NCBI GenBank assembly: GCA_964291265.2
Contig: OZ219747.1
Coordinates: forward strand, 608,001-672,000
DNA: 64,000 nucleotides
DNA from: Alphaproteobacteria bacterium
Lineage (GTDB): Bacteria; Pseudomonadota; Alphaproteobacteria; SP197
Direction: 5' to 3'
Of the stretch, positions 62,861 to 64,000 are shown piece by piece. The position numbers were made by a program, and so were the translations under genes. The notes under the pieces were generated by a model, which saw nothing but the letters and a program-made list of their open reading frames with translations, was not told the origin of the DNA and did not search any database. Each line of letters begins with the position of its first letter. Position 1 is the first letter of the stretch.

Positions 62861-64000
<1,140 letters not shown>

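Overview
High-GC alphaproteobacterial chromosome segment (Rhodospirillales-like gene order; inference) with a housekeeping core flanked by two decaying defence/mobile islands. Left island (1-~23400): type I R-M operon hsdM-hsdS-[darT-darG, DUF433-PIN]-hsdR, an XRE-HTH/IrrE peptidase + PIN pair, a Menshen-like DUF262/DUF3696-ATPase/effector trio, an IS66 carrying a Dam-like methyltransferase inserted in darT, and a four-level nest of mobile elements (IS66 end > 325-bp MITE > IS1634 > ISNCY). All four toxin/effector genes of this island are broken while their partners are intact. Core (~23600-47400): DMT and MFS transporters, AAA/PD-(D/E)XK protein, five cobalamin genes, moeB, coaBC, ubiE, mutM, rpsT, dnaA-dnaN-recF-gyrB, class A PBP. 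Right island (~47400-60900): RloAB/AbiL-like pair, a chimeric dapB::pbp duplication junction, DUF4338 fragments, an IS3 remnant with strongly A:T>C:G-biased decay, AbiEi/AbiEii, an intact IS1634, AbrB-Doc, a complete ISAs1 whose transposase is fused to a DUF4338 (Mom-like) domain, and an esterase; then dapB, dnaJ, partial dnaK. Best candidate for an under-described system: IS elements that carry their own putative DNA-modification enzymes. Family assignments come from motif recognition only; no searches were run. No rRNA, tRNA or CRISPR array was seen.
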